The notes beneath the pieces are model-generated. The model saw only the letters and a list, made by a program, of their open reading frames with translations. It was not told where the DNA came from and made no database searches. A DNA stretch of 64,000 nucleotides, taken from an uncultured Planctomycetia bacterium (lineage in GTDB: Bacteria; Omnitrophota; Gorgyraeia; Duberdicusellales; 4484-171). Positions 30,085-40,145 of this stretch are shown in pieces (position 1 is the first letter of the stretch; the number at the start of each line of letters is the position of its first letter). The stretch spans positions 15,571 to 79,570 of the forward strand of contig CAZABB010000005.1 of assembly GCA_964483625.1 (NCBI GenBank). The letters are read 5' to 3'. The translations under genes and the position numbers were made by a program.

Positions 30085-30978
30085 ATGGCAAACAAAACGA
30101 AATTAAAAGAAAATATCTACCGTTGGATTTTCGGGTTTCTGGCCTTTGCGTCTTTATTTTTTCTTTTAGGGATTACCTTTATTCTTTTTAAAGAAGGCCT
30201 GCCGATATTCGGTGAAGTAAACCCCTTTGATTTCATCTTCGGCCGGGCCTGGTATCCCACCCACGATGATGCCGAGTTCGGTATCCTGCCGCTCATTTTA
30301 GGTTCGCTGTGGGTGACGGTAGGCGCTCTGTTTGTCTGTATGCCTTTAGGGGTAGGGAGCGCGATGTATATTCATGAACTGGCCGGCCATAAGCAGAAAT
30401 CGATTCTAAAACCTCTGATTGAAATTCTTGCGGCGATTCCTTCGATCGTCTACGGTTTCTTCGGGATGGTCATCGTAGCTCCTTTCTTGCAGAGAACATT
30501 CAATCTTGCCGTGGGATTGAACGCATTGAGCGGTAGTTTGATGCTGGGGATTATGGCGACGCCGACGGTTTGCAGTATTGCCGAAGATGCCTTGAGTTTT
30601 GTTCCTAAAAGTTTCCGGGAAGCTTCCTACGCGCTGGGTGCCAACCGGTGGCAGACACTGGTGAATGTTATCATTCCGGCCGCCGGCTCAGGGATTTCTA
30701 CGGCGATTATTCTGGGGATGAGCCGGGCTATCGGGGAGACGATGACGGTCCTCATGGTTTGCGGCGGCGCCGCGGTGGTTCCCCGTTCCTTCTTTCAGCC
30801 GGTGCGGCCGATGACCGCCACGATCGCCGCGGAAATGGGCGAAACGGTGATGGGGGGAACGCATTACCATGCGTTATTTGCCATCGGCCTCATTCTTTTT
30901 CTGTTTACACTGGTCTTTAATATTATCGCCGAAATCATCAGCCGGCGGTTCCGTTTAAAACTGGGGTTAGGTCGATGA
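30085..30978 (+). CDS. pstC: phosphate ABC transporter permease PstC
   Basis: Multi-TM permease with an EAA-like loop. Order pstS-C-A-B. Confidence 0.85.
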   Translation: MANKTKLKENIYRWIFGFLAFASLFFLLGITFILFKEGLPIFGEVNPFDFIFGRAWYPTHDDAEFGILPLILGSLWVTVGALFVCMPLGVGSAMYIHELAGHKQKSILKPLIEILAAIPSIVYGFFGMVIVAPFLQRTFNLAVGLNALSGSLMLGIMATPTVCSIAEDALSFVPKSFREASYALGANRWQTLVNVIIPAAGSGISTAIILGMSRAIGETMTVLMVCGGAAVVPRSFFQPVRPMTATIAAEMGETVMGGTHYHALFAIGLILFLFTLVFNIIAEIISRRFRLKLGLGR

Positions 30979-31826
30979 GCAAGGACTGGACACAGAAACT
31001 CGGATTTAGTATTCTTTTTTTATGCTTAATTACGACGGTGCTGTTTTTAGGTGTGATCGTGTATTTCATCCTTATCCGGGGTGCCGGCGTGATTTCATGG
31101 GAGTTCTTTACGCAAGTCCCCCGGCGGTTTATGACCGAAGGGGGTGTGGCTCCCGCGATTGTGGGGACATTCTATTTAACATTGGGGTCGATTATTGTCG
31201 CGCTCCCGCTTGGCCTTGCCTGCGCGGTCTATCTTTGTGAGTACAGCCCCAAAAGCGTCGTGGTCAATATTATCCGGATCAGCATCAATAATCTTGCCGG
31301 AGTACCGTCGGTCGTCTTCGGCCTCTTCGGCATGGCGGTATTCGTGAAATTTTTTGGGTTTGGCGTATCGATTGTATCGGGATGTCTCACGCTGGCGATC
31401 ATGGTTTTGCCCAGTATTATTTCCGCATCACAGGAAGCGCTGCTTGCGGTGCCGCAGTCTTATCGCGAGGCTTCGCTTGCTTTGGGGGCGACCCACTGGT
31501 ATACGATAAAAAAAGTAGTTGTACCCTCGGCGTTACCGGGTATTCTGACCGGTGTGATTTTGAGCGTGGGACGAGTGGCGGGAGAAACCGCGCCGATTCT
31601 TTTTACCGCCGGGACGTTTTATATGCGAGGTTATCCTCAATCGATCTTTTCGGAGGTCATGGCTCTGCCCTATCATATTTACGCGCTGATGACCGAAGGG
31701 GCTCATCCGGTGAAACAAACCCAGATTGCTTACGGATGCGCGCTGATTCTGTTGATGTTAGTATTAGCCGTTTCCGCGCTTGCGATTTTTATCCGGCAAA
31801 AACAAAGGAGTATGGAAAATGCCTGA
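30975..31826 (+). CDS. pstA: phosphate ABC transporter permease PstA
   Basis: Paralogous permease. ATGA overlap with pstC. Confidence 0.85.
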   Translation: MSKDWTQKLGFSILFLCLITTVLFLGVIVYFILIRGAGVISWEFFTQVPRRFMTEGGVAPAIVGTFYLTLGSIIVALPLGLACAVYLCEYSPKSVVVNIIRISINNLAGVPSVVFGLFGMAVFVKFFGFGVSIVSGCLTLAIMVLPSIISASQEALLAVPQSYREASLALGATHWYTIKKVVVPSALPGILTGVILSVGRVAGETAPILFTAGTFYMRGYPQSIFSEVMALPYHIYALMTEGAHPVKQTQIAYGCALILLMLVLAVSALAIFIRQKQRSMENA

Positions 31827-32580
31827 GAAAGTGAGAATGGAAATCAAAAATCTGAATTTTTACTACGGAGCGAAACAGGCTCTGTGTGATATTAACCTCA
31901 AGATCCTCCAGAATAAAGTAACCGCGATTATCGGGCCATCGGGGTGCGGTAAATCGACTTTGATCCGTCTCTTGAACCGGATGAATGATCTTATTCCCAA
32001 AGTGCGTGTGGAAGGGGAGGTGTTTCTCGATACCCAGAATATTTACGACTCAGAAGTCGATGTGGTCGAGATCCGCCGCAAAATCGGGATGGTATTTCAA
32101 AAACCCAATCCGTTTCCCAAATCGATATTTGAGAATGTTTCTTACGGGTTAAAAGTCAACGGGATCAGAGACAATGGATACATCCGGCGTAAGGTCGAGC
32201 GGAGCTTAAAAGGCGCGGCGTTGTGGAATGAGGTGAAGGGCCGTCTGGGAGAAAGCGCCCTGGCACTTTCCGGCGGCCAGCAGCAGCGTCTCTGCATCGC
32301 CCGGGCGTTGGCAGTCGAGCCGGAGGTGTTGCTTATGGATGAGCCGGCCTCGGCTCTTGATCCTACCTCGACCTCCAAAATAGAAGAACTCATTCAGGAA
32401 TTAAAGAACAAATACACGATTATCATCGTTACTCATAACATGCAGCAGGCCGCGCGTATTTCCGACTACACGGCGTTCTTGATGCTGGGGGAGATGGTAG
32501 AGTACGATCTTACCAATAAGATTTTTACGAATCCCGCGAAAAAAGTCACCGAGGATTACATCACCGGCCGGTTTGGATAA
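31819..32580 (+). CDS. pstB: phosphate ABC transporter ATP-binding protein PstB
   Basis: Walker A (GPSGCGKST), LSGGQQQR, Walker B. Start ATG at 31819 after AAAGGAG. The upstream in-frame extension is rejected. Confidence 0.85.
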   Translation: MPEKVRMEIKNLNFYYGAKQALCDINLKILQNKVTAIIGPSGCGKSTLIRLLNRMNDLIPKVRVEGEVFLDTQNIYDSEVDVVEIRRKIGMVFQKPNPFPKSIFENVSYGLKVNGIRDNGYIRRKVERSLKGAALWNEVKGRLGESALALSGGQQQRLCIARALAVEPEVLLMDEPASALDPTSTSKIEELIQELKNKYTIIIVTHNMQQAARISDYTAFLMLGEMVEYDLTNKIFTNPAKKVTEDYITGRFG

Positions 32581-32710
32581 GGGATAGGGGATCAGGGAAT
32601 AAAAAATATTGAACGATTTCACCAGCTGCGCGATAATGAAAAAGTTTGGAGTTTCCTTTCGCGCCTGAGGTGAAATCATATTGCCTACCATATCATAAAA
32701 GGAGAAAAAG

Positions 32711-33424
32711 ATGGTAATCAGGAAACATTTTGAGGAGGAGCTGGAACGGTTTAATACCGAAATTTTAAAGATGGCGACATTGACCGAAGGGGCTATATTC
32801 AAGTCCGTCGAGGCCCTGAAAAACCGCGATCTTAAACTTGCCCAAAGCGTTATTGACGATGATCGTATCGTCGATGAACAGGAGTTATTGATTGAAGAGA
32901 TGGCGATCGACTTTCTTGCCCTGCAGAATCCCAAGGCACGGGATTTGCGGTTTATCACCACAGGGATGAGCATCAATACCGAACTTGAGAGAATCGCCGA
33001 CTTGGCCGTCAATATATCCCAGCGGGTCCTTGATTTGGGCGATCAGCCGCTGATCAAGCCGCTGATCGATATCCCGAAGTTGACCGCGGTGGTGAGGAAG
33101 ATGATCAAAGATGTCATCGATTCCTTCGTGAATCAGGATGAAAAACTGGCTAAATCGGTTATCCTTTCGGACCCGGATGCCGATAAGCTACGGAATATGA
33201 TTTTTGATGAGCTGGTGCACGAATTCATGGTCAAAAACGGCAAAAGCGTCCCCCGGGCGATCCCGCTGTTTTTGATCACCCGCTATCTGGAGCGGATTGC
33301 CGACCACGCGACCAATATCGCCGAAGATATTATATATATGGTAAAGGCCGAGGTGGTCAAGCATCATCCCGAGCGGCTCAAAAACGGCCAGAAAAACCGT
33401 AAACGGAAGAAAAAAAGCCAATAA
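32711..33424 (+). CDS. phoU: phosphate signalling complex protein PhoU
   Basis: Two PhoU repeats (ERIADxAxNI x2). Confidence 0.85.
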   Translation: MVIRKHFEEELERFNTEILKMATLTEGAIFKSVEALKNRDLKLAQSVIDDDRIVDEQELLIEEMAIDFLALQNPKARDLRFITTGMSINTELERIADLAVNISQRVLDLGDQPLIKPLIDIPKLTAVVRKMIKDVIDSFVNQDEKLAKSVILSDPDADKLRNMIFDELVHEFMVKNGKSVPRAIPLFLITRYLERIADHATNIAEDIIYMVKAEVVKHHPERLKNGQKNRKRKKKSQ

Positions 33425-33661
33425 AACAAAATTTGCTATACATGGTTGGTTTCTAATAAAGATGACGATGAAGAATTGGATAAGATGAGCGCTCGGGTTG
33501 AGCTTACTGATGATGATCAACTGCAGGTCGATATCAACCAGAATCGGAACGAACCCGAGGACTAACCTCCCATCTCCTTCGAAACATTTCTCTTGTCGGA
33601 TATTTACATCCGCCGGTATAATGGTAAAAAGGTTATTTTTATATGTGAGGAGGAGAGTGAG

Positions 33662-35104
33662 TTGAAAAAACGCATTGCGATCGTCGGCGCCGGGGTGGGG
33701 GGATTGGCAACGGCTGCCCGCCTTTCTCAGGCCGGCCATTATGTCGATGTCTACGAACGCCTGCCTCGCCCGGGCGGCCGGGCGCATATCATCGAAGATG
33801 CCGGGTTCAAATTCGACACCGGTCCTTCCTTTGTCCTGATGCCCCCGTTTTTCCGCGAATTATTTTCTTCCTGCCAAAAAGACATTGCCGGATATCTGGA
33901 TTTGATTCCTCTGGATATCCACTACAAAATATTTTATCCCAACGGAAAACAGCTTACCGTGTACCGCGATACCCAGAGGACAAAGGAAGAACTTGAGAGG
34001 ATCGAACCCGGCGCAAGCGCCCGGTATGACCGGTTTATCCGGGATATCGGTACTATGTATCATAGCGTCGAACCCCTCTTGTATCAATGCTTCACCCCGG
34101 GCCGGCTGGTCAACCCCGCCTACTGGAATCTTCTCTGGAAGCTGAAAACCCATAAATCCTACTGGCGGCTGGCTCATGATTTTTTTAAGACCAGAGAACT
34201 TATCGCCGCGTTCACTTTCGAGGCGATGTTTATCGGTGTATCTCCTCACCATGCGCCGGCGTTTTACAGTGTGATTACCTACGCCGACCATGTGCAGAAA
34301 ATTTACCACCCCCGCGGCGGGATGTATCAGATCCCTCTGAGCTTAGAGCGTCTGGGAAGAGAGGCGGGGGTAACGTTTCATTACGGTGAGGAAGTGGGGA
34401 AGGTCTCAGGGGCCAACGGATCGGTATCGCTGGATATCGGGTCCGCCAGGGAACGTTTTGACCAGGTAGTTATTAATGCCGATTACGCCTATGCCTGCCG
34501 GACACTTCTGGGTGAATCCTTGCCCAACTACCGCTATTCCTGTTCGGTGTACCTTCTCTATTTGGGATTGAAGAAAAAGATCAAGGGGTTAGAGCATCAT
34601 AATCTTTTCTTTGCCCGGGACCTGGAAAAGAATTTAAAAGAAATATTCGGTGATCATACCGTGTCCGAAGACCCTTCTTTTTATGTCCACGTACCTACGG
34701 TGACTGATCCTTCCCTGGCCCCGCCCGGGAAAGAGATCGTGTATATTCTCATCCCGGTGCCGAATCTCGAGAACGCCCGCGGTCATTTTTCTCGCCATGA
34801 AGAGAAACTCAGGAACCTCGTCCTTAACAAGATACGCGAGATTACCGGTGAGAACATCGCGGACTTAATTGAAGTCAAACACCGGTTCTACCCCGAAGAT
34901 TTTGTTTCCCGCTATAACGTGCGTCACGGCGCGACCTTCGGGCTGGCGCATACGTTGATGCAGAGCGCGTTTTTCCGGCCGCCCAACCGTCACCGTCGCC
35001 ACAAAAACGTGTATTTTGTCGGATGTAGTACCCAGCCCGGGGAAGGGTTGCCCCCCGTCATCGCCTCCTCCCGTATCGTTTGCGATCTGATCGGTTGCGC
35101 TTAA
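33662..35104 (+). CDS. crtI: phytoene desaturase family oxidoreductase (CrtI-like)
   Basis: TTG start after GAGGAGGAG. FAD Rossmann GxGxxG (IVGAGVGG). CrtI-like length and C-terminal region. TTGTCG/TATAAT promoter upstream. Confidence 0.65.
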   Translation: MKKRIAIVGAGVGGLATAARLSQAGHYVDVYERLPRPGGRAHIIEDAGFKFDTGPSFVLMPPFFRELFSSCQKDIAGYLDLIPLDIHYKIFYPNGKQLTVYRDTQRTKEELERIEPGASARYDRFIRDIGTMYHSVEPLLYQCFTPGRLVNPAYWNLLWKLKTHKSYWRLAHDFFKTRELIAAFTFEAMFIGVSPHHAPAFYSVITYADHVQKIYHPRGGMYQIPLSLERLGREAGVTFHYGEEVGKVSGANGSVSLDIGSARERFDQVVINADYAYACRTLLGESLPNYRYSCSVYLLYLGLKKKIKGLEHHNLFFARDLEKNLKEIFGDHTVSEDPSFYVHVPTVTDPSLAPPGKEIVYILIPVPNLENARGHFSRHEEKLRNLVLNKIREITGENIADLIEVKHRFYPEDFVSRYNVRHGATFGLAHTLMQSAFFRPPNRHRRHKNVYFVGCSTQPGEGLPPVIASSRIVCDLIGCA

Positions 35105-35135
35105 AAAACATGTTGGTTTAACAGAAAAGGCGTGC

Positions 35136-35984
35136 TTACCTTTTCAGGGCCTTTACATATGCAATGACGGTATCGGTAATATATTCGGGGGTGGAGGCTC
35201 CCGCGGTGATCCCGACGCTTGTAGCCTCCTCGAACCAGCGGGGATCGATTTGTTTTTTAGATTGAATCCAGTAGGTGTTCCGGTTCAGTTCCTGGGAAAT
35301 TTCGTAGAGACGCCGGGTGTTAGCGCTTGTTTTCGAGCCGATGATCAGCATGACGTCGTTCTTAAGCGGCATCGTTTTTATTTCTTTTTGTTTTATCCGG
35401 GTGGGATTGCATATCGTATTATGAAATTTCAGATTGGGTATATGTGCTTTAAGCAGATTGACGAGCCGGGAGACTTTTTCGGTATTCTGTGTCGACTGGA
35501 CAACGACGGCCGCTTTGGTAATTGAATGAAACAGCGCGGGACGGATCTGTTTTACTGTATCGATGACCAGGGCTTTTGTGTTCAGCTGTCCCAGAATTCC
35601 CTGGACCTCATCGTGTTTCCTATCGCCGATAATGATGACGGTGTATCCGTCCTTTTCGGCATTCCTGGCCAGGGTATGAATTTCTTTCACCATCGGGCAA
35701 GTGGCGTCGACGATCGTGTATCCTTGCTGTCTGGCTTTTTCGATTGTTTTCCGGGATGCTCCGTGAGCCCGGATTAAGAGCACGGTATGTTCACCCTGGC
35801 CCAGCCGCTGGATTTTTTTTATGCCGCAGGCAGCGATGTTCCGTACGACATCTTCGTTATGAACGATATCTCCCAACATGACCACGCAAGAGTGTTTTTT
35901 CGCCGTGGCGCATGCCAGGGCCAGGGCTCTTTTTACTCCCGAACAGAATCCGGCGGAACGGGCTACTCTGACATTCATGAACAC
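35136..35984 (-). CDS. ispH: 4-hydroxy-3-methylbut-2-enyl diphosphate reductase
   Basis: Three conserved Cys contexts (GFCSGV, DATCP, NTICN) and HNEDV motif. 282 aa. Confidence 0.85.
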   Translation of the reverse strand: MFMNVRVARSAGFCSGVKRALALACATAKKHSCVVMLGDIVHNEDVVRNIAACGIKKIQRLGQGEHTVLLIRAHGASRKTIEKARQQGYTIVDATCPMVKEIHTLARNAEKDGYTVIIIGDRKHDEVQGILGQLNTKALVIDTVKQIRPALFHSITKAAVVVQSTQNTEKVSRLVNLLKAHIPNLKFHNTICNPTRIKQKEIKTMPLKNDVMLIIGSKTSANTRRLYEISQELNRNTYWIQSKKQIDPRWFEEATSVGITAGASTPEYITDTVIAYVKALKR

Positions 35985-36850
35985 GCTCCTTTGACAAGAA
36001 GAAACAGAGCGATTTTACATTTCTCCGTTTTGGAAACATGCGCTCTCTGAGAAAACACGTCGTACCGGTTTCGTTCCACCGCGGACAGGATACCCGCGTA
36101 TATTTCTTTCATGGCTCTTACGACATAACGCTGACGGCGCGATGTAAGCCGAGTGATCCCGCTTTCCGATTTCCGGTAGAAATGTTGCGCCCTGTCGATC
36201 TGGAAACGTACCAAGGCGACGAAATTCTCATCGACTATTTTCTTCCGCAGATGGCCTTCGGTGACGCCGAACTGCTCTAGTTCCTTCTGAGGCAGATATA
36301 TCCGTCCCCGGCGGTAATCTTCCTCGATATCCCGGATGATATTAGTCAATTGCATGGCAATCCCCAGATTGATCGCGGGTTCGCGGGTCTTTTCTGTGTC
36401 GTCGCGAAATATTTTAAGCATAATCAATCCGATAATTGCGGCGACGCGGTAACAGTAGAGATATAACCGGTCGAAATGTTCATACCGGTTTTCGGTAATA
36501 TCCATTTCCATCCCTTTTATCAGTTCATAAAAATATTCGGCCGGGATCCCGTATTCTTCTACGGTATGCCGGAACGCGGCAAGAAGAGGCGGAAGGTTAT
36601 CGTTGCCCGCATAGGCTGAGGTAATACCTTTACGTATCGATGAAAGAATATCTTTGGGTTCGGTGCCGGATCCGGCGTCGACGGCGTCGTCGGTCTTGCG
36701 GCAGACGGCATATACGCTGTAGGAGGCGTCTCGCACGGGAGAGGGGAGGAATCGGCTGGCAAAATAAAAGGTACTGGCGTGAATCCGGGTAATATGTTTA
36801 GCCTGAGCAAAGCCTTGGGCCAGTTGTACTTGATGAGGGGGCTGGCTCAT
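35975..36850 (-). CDS. crtB: phytoene/squalene synthase family protein
   Basis: Asp-rich DDAVD motif plus YCYRVAAIIG. 291 aa. Confidence 0.75.
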   Translation of the reverse strand: MSQPPHQVQLAQGFAQAKHITRIHASTFYFASRFLPSPVRDASYSVYAVCRKTDDAVDAGSGTEPKDILSSIRKGITSAYAGNDNLPPLLAAFRHTVEEYGIPAEYFYELIKGMEMDITENRYEHFDRLYLYCYRVAAIIGLIMLKIFRDDTEKTREPAINLGIAMQLTNIIRDIEEDYRRGRIYLPQKELEQFGVTEGHLRKKIVDENFVALVRFQIDRAQHFYRKSESGITRLTSRRQRYVVRAMKEIYAGILSAVERNRYDVFSQRAHVSKTEKCKIALFLLVKGACS

Positions 36851-36931
36851 GGTCCTATTTTACACTCAAACCATTTTGGTTCAACCGAGATTTTCATTGA
36901 ACAGAAATGAGCTTTAAGATAGAATTTTGGT

Positions 36932-37234
36932 ATGTCACCGTATATGTGGGTTCTGGTTTTCTCCGGCATCGGGCCGCTGGTGTTAAGTTTCTGGCCCGGT
37001 TTAAAATTCTGGCAAAAGTGGCGCGCTTTGGCGGGGTCGATTGCGCTGATTCTGGTTATTTTTGGCACCTGGGATGTCATCGCCACGGTGCGCGGGCACT
37101 GGGTTTTTCATCCTCAGAAAGTATGGAATCTGCGGATCATAAACCTTCCTGTGGAAGAGGTGCTTTTTTTCGTGATCATCCCCTTTTGCTGTATATTTAC
37201 CTGGGAAGTAATACATTATTTCGGGAAGGATTAA
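36932..37234 (+). CDS. lycopene cyclase domain protein (heterodimeric CrtYc-like)
   Basis: ~100-aa three-TM protein with a PxEE-type motif (PVEEVLFF). Paired with an adjacent paralogue. Confidence 0.6.
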   Translation: MSPYMWVLVFSGIGPLVLSFWPGLKFWQKWRALAGSIALILVIFGTWDVIATVRGHWVFHPQKVWNLRIINLPVEEVLFFVIIPFCCIFTWEVIHYFGKD

Positions 37235-37237
37235 TCA

Positions 37238-37549
37238 ATGAAAGAATACACGCTGATATCTCTCGGCGCGGTTATTATTACGGTCATCGTTGACCAGGTA
37301 AGCCGGGTGCGTCTGATGCGGCGCAAAACATACTGGTTTTACCTGGCTTTGTTTACCCTGCTGATGATTGTCGTCAACGGATACATTACGCATCAAAAGA
37401 TTGTCCGGTACAGTTCGTACTACTATTGCGGCATACGCATGGGAAGTATTCCTCTGGAGGACTTTTTATTTAATTTCAGCATGGTCACGCTGACCATTAT
37501 TTTCTGGGAGGTTTTAAAAAAACATATTCGTTCTAAGGAGAACCAATGA
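37238..37549 (+). CDS. lycopene cyclase domain protein (CrtYd-like)
   Basis: Second ~100-aa three-TM paralogue (PLEDFLF). Confidence 0.6.
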   Translation: MKEYTLISLGAVIITVIVDQVSRVRLMRRKTYWFYLALFTLLMIVVNGYITHQKIVRYSSYYYCGIRMGSIPLEDFLFNFSMVTLTIIFWEVLKKHIRSKENQ

Positions 37550-38427
37550 ACGTAAAAACATTCGTAATTTTACTGGGATGCTTTTTGTGTCTGTTGCCGC
37601 GGGGGGGATGGGCTCTTGATTGGAAAGCCTTGCATGAGGAAGCCGGCCGGATATCGCTTGATCCGGCCGATCAGGAGATCGATCCTGCCGGGTTATCGAA
37701 GGAAGAATTGTATATACGGGGCCTGGTGTATTTCAAATATCATCGTGACCAGAAAGCTCAGCAGATATTCGCAGGGCTGAGAGAAAAACTGTCGAATGAG
37801 CACGCTGTTCTCTGGGGCTATGCCGAAAGTCTACGCCGTCAGCATCGCTATTCGGAAAGCATACCGATACTGGAGGAAATTATCGATGCCCATCCTGATT
37901 TCGCTCCGGCCTATATCAGCCTGGGGTACATCAGGTATATGCAGATGGAATTCAATCAAACCGCACGGCTTGCCGCGAAAGTTCTGGCTCTGGGCCGCGA
38001 TGATGTCGATACAACCAATTTCGTCAACGCGCACGGGCTGTATGCCGGAGCCAAGGGGATGATTGCCCACTACGGCGGTCCGTTATCGAAAGCGGTAAAC
38101 GGAGCGGCAGTCCTGCCTCATCTGAAAGCCGCTCAGAAGATAGATCCTGAGAGTATTTCGGTTCTTTACGGCCTGGGAAGTTTTTATCTTCTTGCGCCGC
38201 CGGTTTTGGGCCGCGATATTGATAAAGCGTTACGGTATCTCGAGCAGGCCCGTGAAGCCGACCCTTATTTTGCCGATATTCATGTGCGCATAGCGCAAGG
38301 GTATCGCGCTCAAGGAGACATGGCCAAATACGAGCAGGCCATAGAGGAGGCGTTACGTCTTGATCCTCAGAACGAAATCGCCCTGGATGTTCAATCCCGC
38401 CGCTGTAAGTTCATCTGTCTGGACTGA
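37546..38427 (+). CDS. secreted TPR-repeat protein
   Basis: Signal peptide. Repeated 34-aa helical TPR-like units. Confidence 0.55.
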   Translation: MNVKTFVILLGCFLCLLPRGGWALDWKALHEEAGRISLDPADQEIDPAGLSKEELYIRGLVYFKYHRDQKAQQIFAGLREKLSNEHAVLWGYAESLRRQHRYSESIPILEEIIDAHPDFAPAYISLGYIRYMQMEFNQTARLAAKVLALGRDDVDTTNFVNAHGLYAGAKGMIAHYGGPLSKAVNGAAVLPHLKAAQKIDPESISVLYGLGSFYLLAPPVLGRDIDKALRYLEQAREADPYFADIHVRIAQGYRAQGDMAKYEQAIEEALRLDPQNEIALDVQSRRCKFICLD

Positions 38428-38452
38428 AGTAAACCAAAAAAGATTTGAGAGG

Positions 38453-39493
38453 TTAGAGGCGCAGGAGCTGGTCGGGATAATTTTTGAGTATCTGCCGGTA
38501 TTTTTTCCGCATGGGCAGGGTTTTGACCAGGTCTTGGGCGTTATGGGTAAGACGGTCGATTTCTTCTTGCGCGAATCGTAATGCCCCGGTTTTCTCCATG
38601 ACGAGGCGTATGGCCCGGAGGTCTTTTTTAGTCACCCTTTTTTTGGTCAGGACTCTTTTGATGAGAGATTTTTCCCTCACCGATCCCTGCTGATATGCTT
38701 TCCAGATCAGAACGGTTTTTTTTGACTCCTGCAGGTCCGAAAGAGTCGATTTCCCGATTTTTTTTTCATCTCCGAAGACTCCTAAGATGTCATCCTTGAT
38801 CTGGAATGCCCGGCCGAGAAAAATTCCGTACCGGGAGATATTCTCTATGGTTTTCGGTGACGCTCCGGCAAGAATCGCTCCGGTGGAGAGCGGGGTCGCA
38901 AACGTGTAATGGGCGGTTTTATAATCGTAAATTTTATAGATATCCTTACGGGATACCTGATGAATCTTTTTGGTATCGTTGACGAGTTCGATGAATTCAC
39001 CGCCGCCGGTAAAGATTGCCGCCCGGATGAAATTTTTCAGGGCTTTTTCCTTGCGGCAGGGTTCTTCTTTGATGGAAAGGAAGGCATCGATAGCCATCGC
39101 GTACATAACATCACCGGCAACCAGAGCCATGTCCTGCCCGGAAAACTTGAGTTTCCCGAAATGTTTTAAATAGTTATCCAGCATCGCGTGCATCGAGGGT
39201 TTCCCCCGCCGCGTCAGAGATTTATCGATGATGTCGTCATGGACGAGCATGAAGTCATGCAGCAGCTCGATCGCCAGAGCGCTGCGGTAGAGCCCCGGAA
39301 CTTTTCTTTTGGCAAAGCCCAGATATCCGATGACAAAAAGAATGGGGCGGATACGTTTACCGTCGCGGATGAGAAAGTTCTTGATCGAACGGTAGAGAAG
39401 GGGAGAAATTTTTTTTAAAGAATATTCTTTGTCGATAGTCTTGATAAACGCGGGGATATTCCGGTCAACGGCTTTTTTAAGTGCACCAATCAT
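38453..39493 (-). CDS. polyprenyl diphosphate synthase family protein
   Basis: First Asp-rich motif LVHDDIID and second D-rich motif region. 346 aa. Confidence 0.75.
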   Translation of the reverse strand: MIGALKKAVDRNIPAFIKTIDKEYSLKKISPLLYRSIKNFLIRDGKRIRPILFVIGYLGFAKRKVPGLYRSALAIELLHDFMLVHDDIIDKSLTRRGKPSMHAMLDNYLKHFGKLKFSGQDMALVAGDVMYAMAIDAFLSIKEEPCRKEKALKNFIRAAIFTGGGEFIELVNDTKKIHQVSRKDIYKIYDYKTAHYTFATPLSTGAILAGASPKTIENISRYGIFLGRAFQIKDDILGVFGDEKKIGKSTLSDLQESKKTVLIWKAYQQGSVREKSLIKRVLTKKRVTKKDLRAIRLVMEKTGALRFAQEEIDRLTHNAQDLVKTLPMRKKYRQILKNYPDQLLRL

Positions 39494-39524
39494 GACAGTA
39501 TCTTAACATAGCTTACCGGTTAAC

Positions 39525-40145
39525 TCAAGGCGCAAGCGGTAAAACGACGAAGATCATCACGTCCCATACCGCGTGGGAGATGATCGCCGGCCACAGAGAA
39601 CGAAACCGCAGGTATAATCCTCCCCAGAGGAATCCGCACAGAAGCGCCGCGACGATAAGCAGGGGATTACGTGCCCAGATATGAACGAGAGCATACAGGA
39701 GGACAGCCACGATATATCCTTTCTTCCGGCCCCAGGCGCGCATAAGGGAATGCTGGATATATCCTCTCCAGAATATCTCCTCGCCGGGGCCGATGATACA
39801 CAAAAGAAGCACGGCTATCATCCCGGGGGAGGTATCCTGTTTGGTTTGGTAGACCGACTGGATAAAATAACTGCTTTGGATGAATACCCGGCTGATAAGT
39901 TCTTTCCCCGCCCAGAAAATTGCATACAGCGCCATGGCGGTGAATATTCCCCACCATATATGGTGAACATGAAACGAAAGGAATTCGGAAACGTCCCGGC
40001 GGCGAAGCCATAATGCCCAGCCGCTTAATAGCATGACGCTTACGGTCATCATCGGCCAAAAAGGGGTCAGGGGGGTGAGGGGAGGAAAAAAGAGAAACAG
40101 CCAGAAAAAGAACGAAACCAGAAGAGCAATCAGCACCGGCTTCAT
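39525..40145 (-). CDS. CPBP-family intramembrane metalloprotease (CAAX protease-like)
   Basis: EEIFWRGY and HAVWD motifs. Multi-TM. ATGA overlap with menA. Confidence 0.65.
   Translation of the reverse strand: MKPVLIALLVSFFFWLFLFFPPLTPLTPFWPMMTVSVMLLSGWALWLRRRDVSEFLSFHVHHIWWGIFTAMALYAIFWAGKELISRVFIQSSYFIQSVYQTKQDTSPGMIAVLLLCIIGPGEEIFWRGYIQHSLMRAWGRKKGYIVAVLLYALVHIWARNPLLIVAALLCGFLWGGLYLRFRSLWPAIISHAVWDVMIFVVLPLAP

Noticed and set aside
33480-33570. 26-codon ORF (MSARVELTDDDQLQVDINQNRNEPED) upstream of crtI as a leader peptide
   Set aside because: No RBS and no relationship to a downstream attenuator structure. Likely chance.
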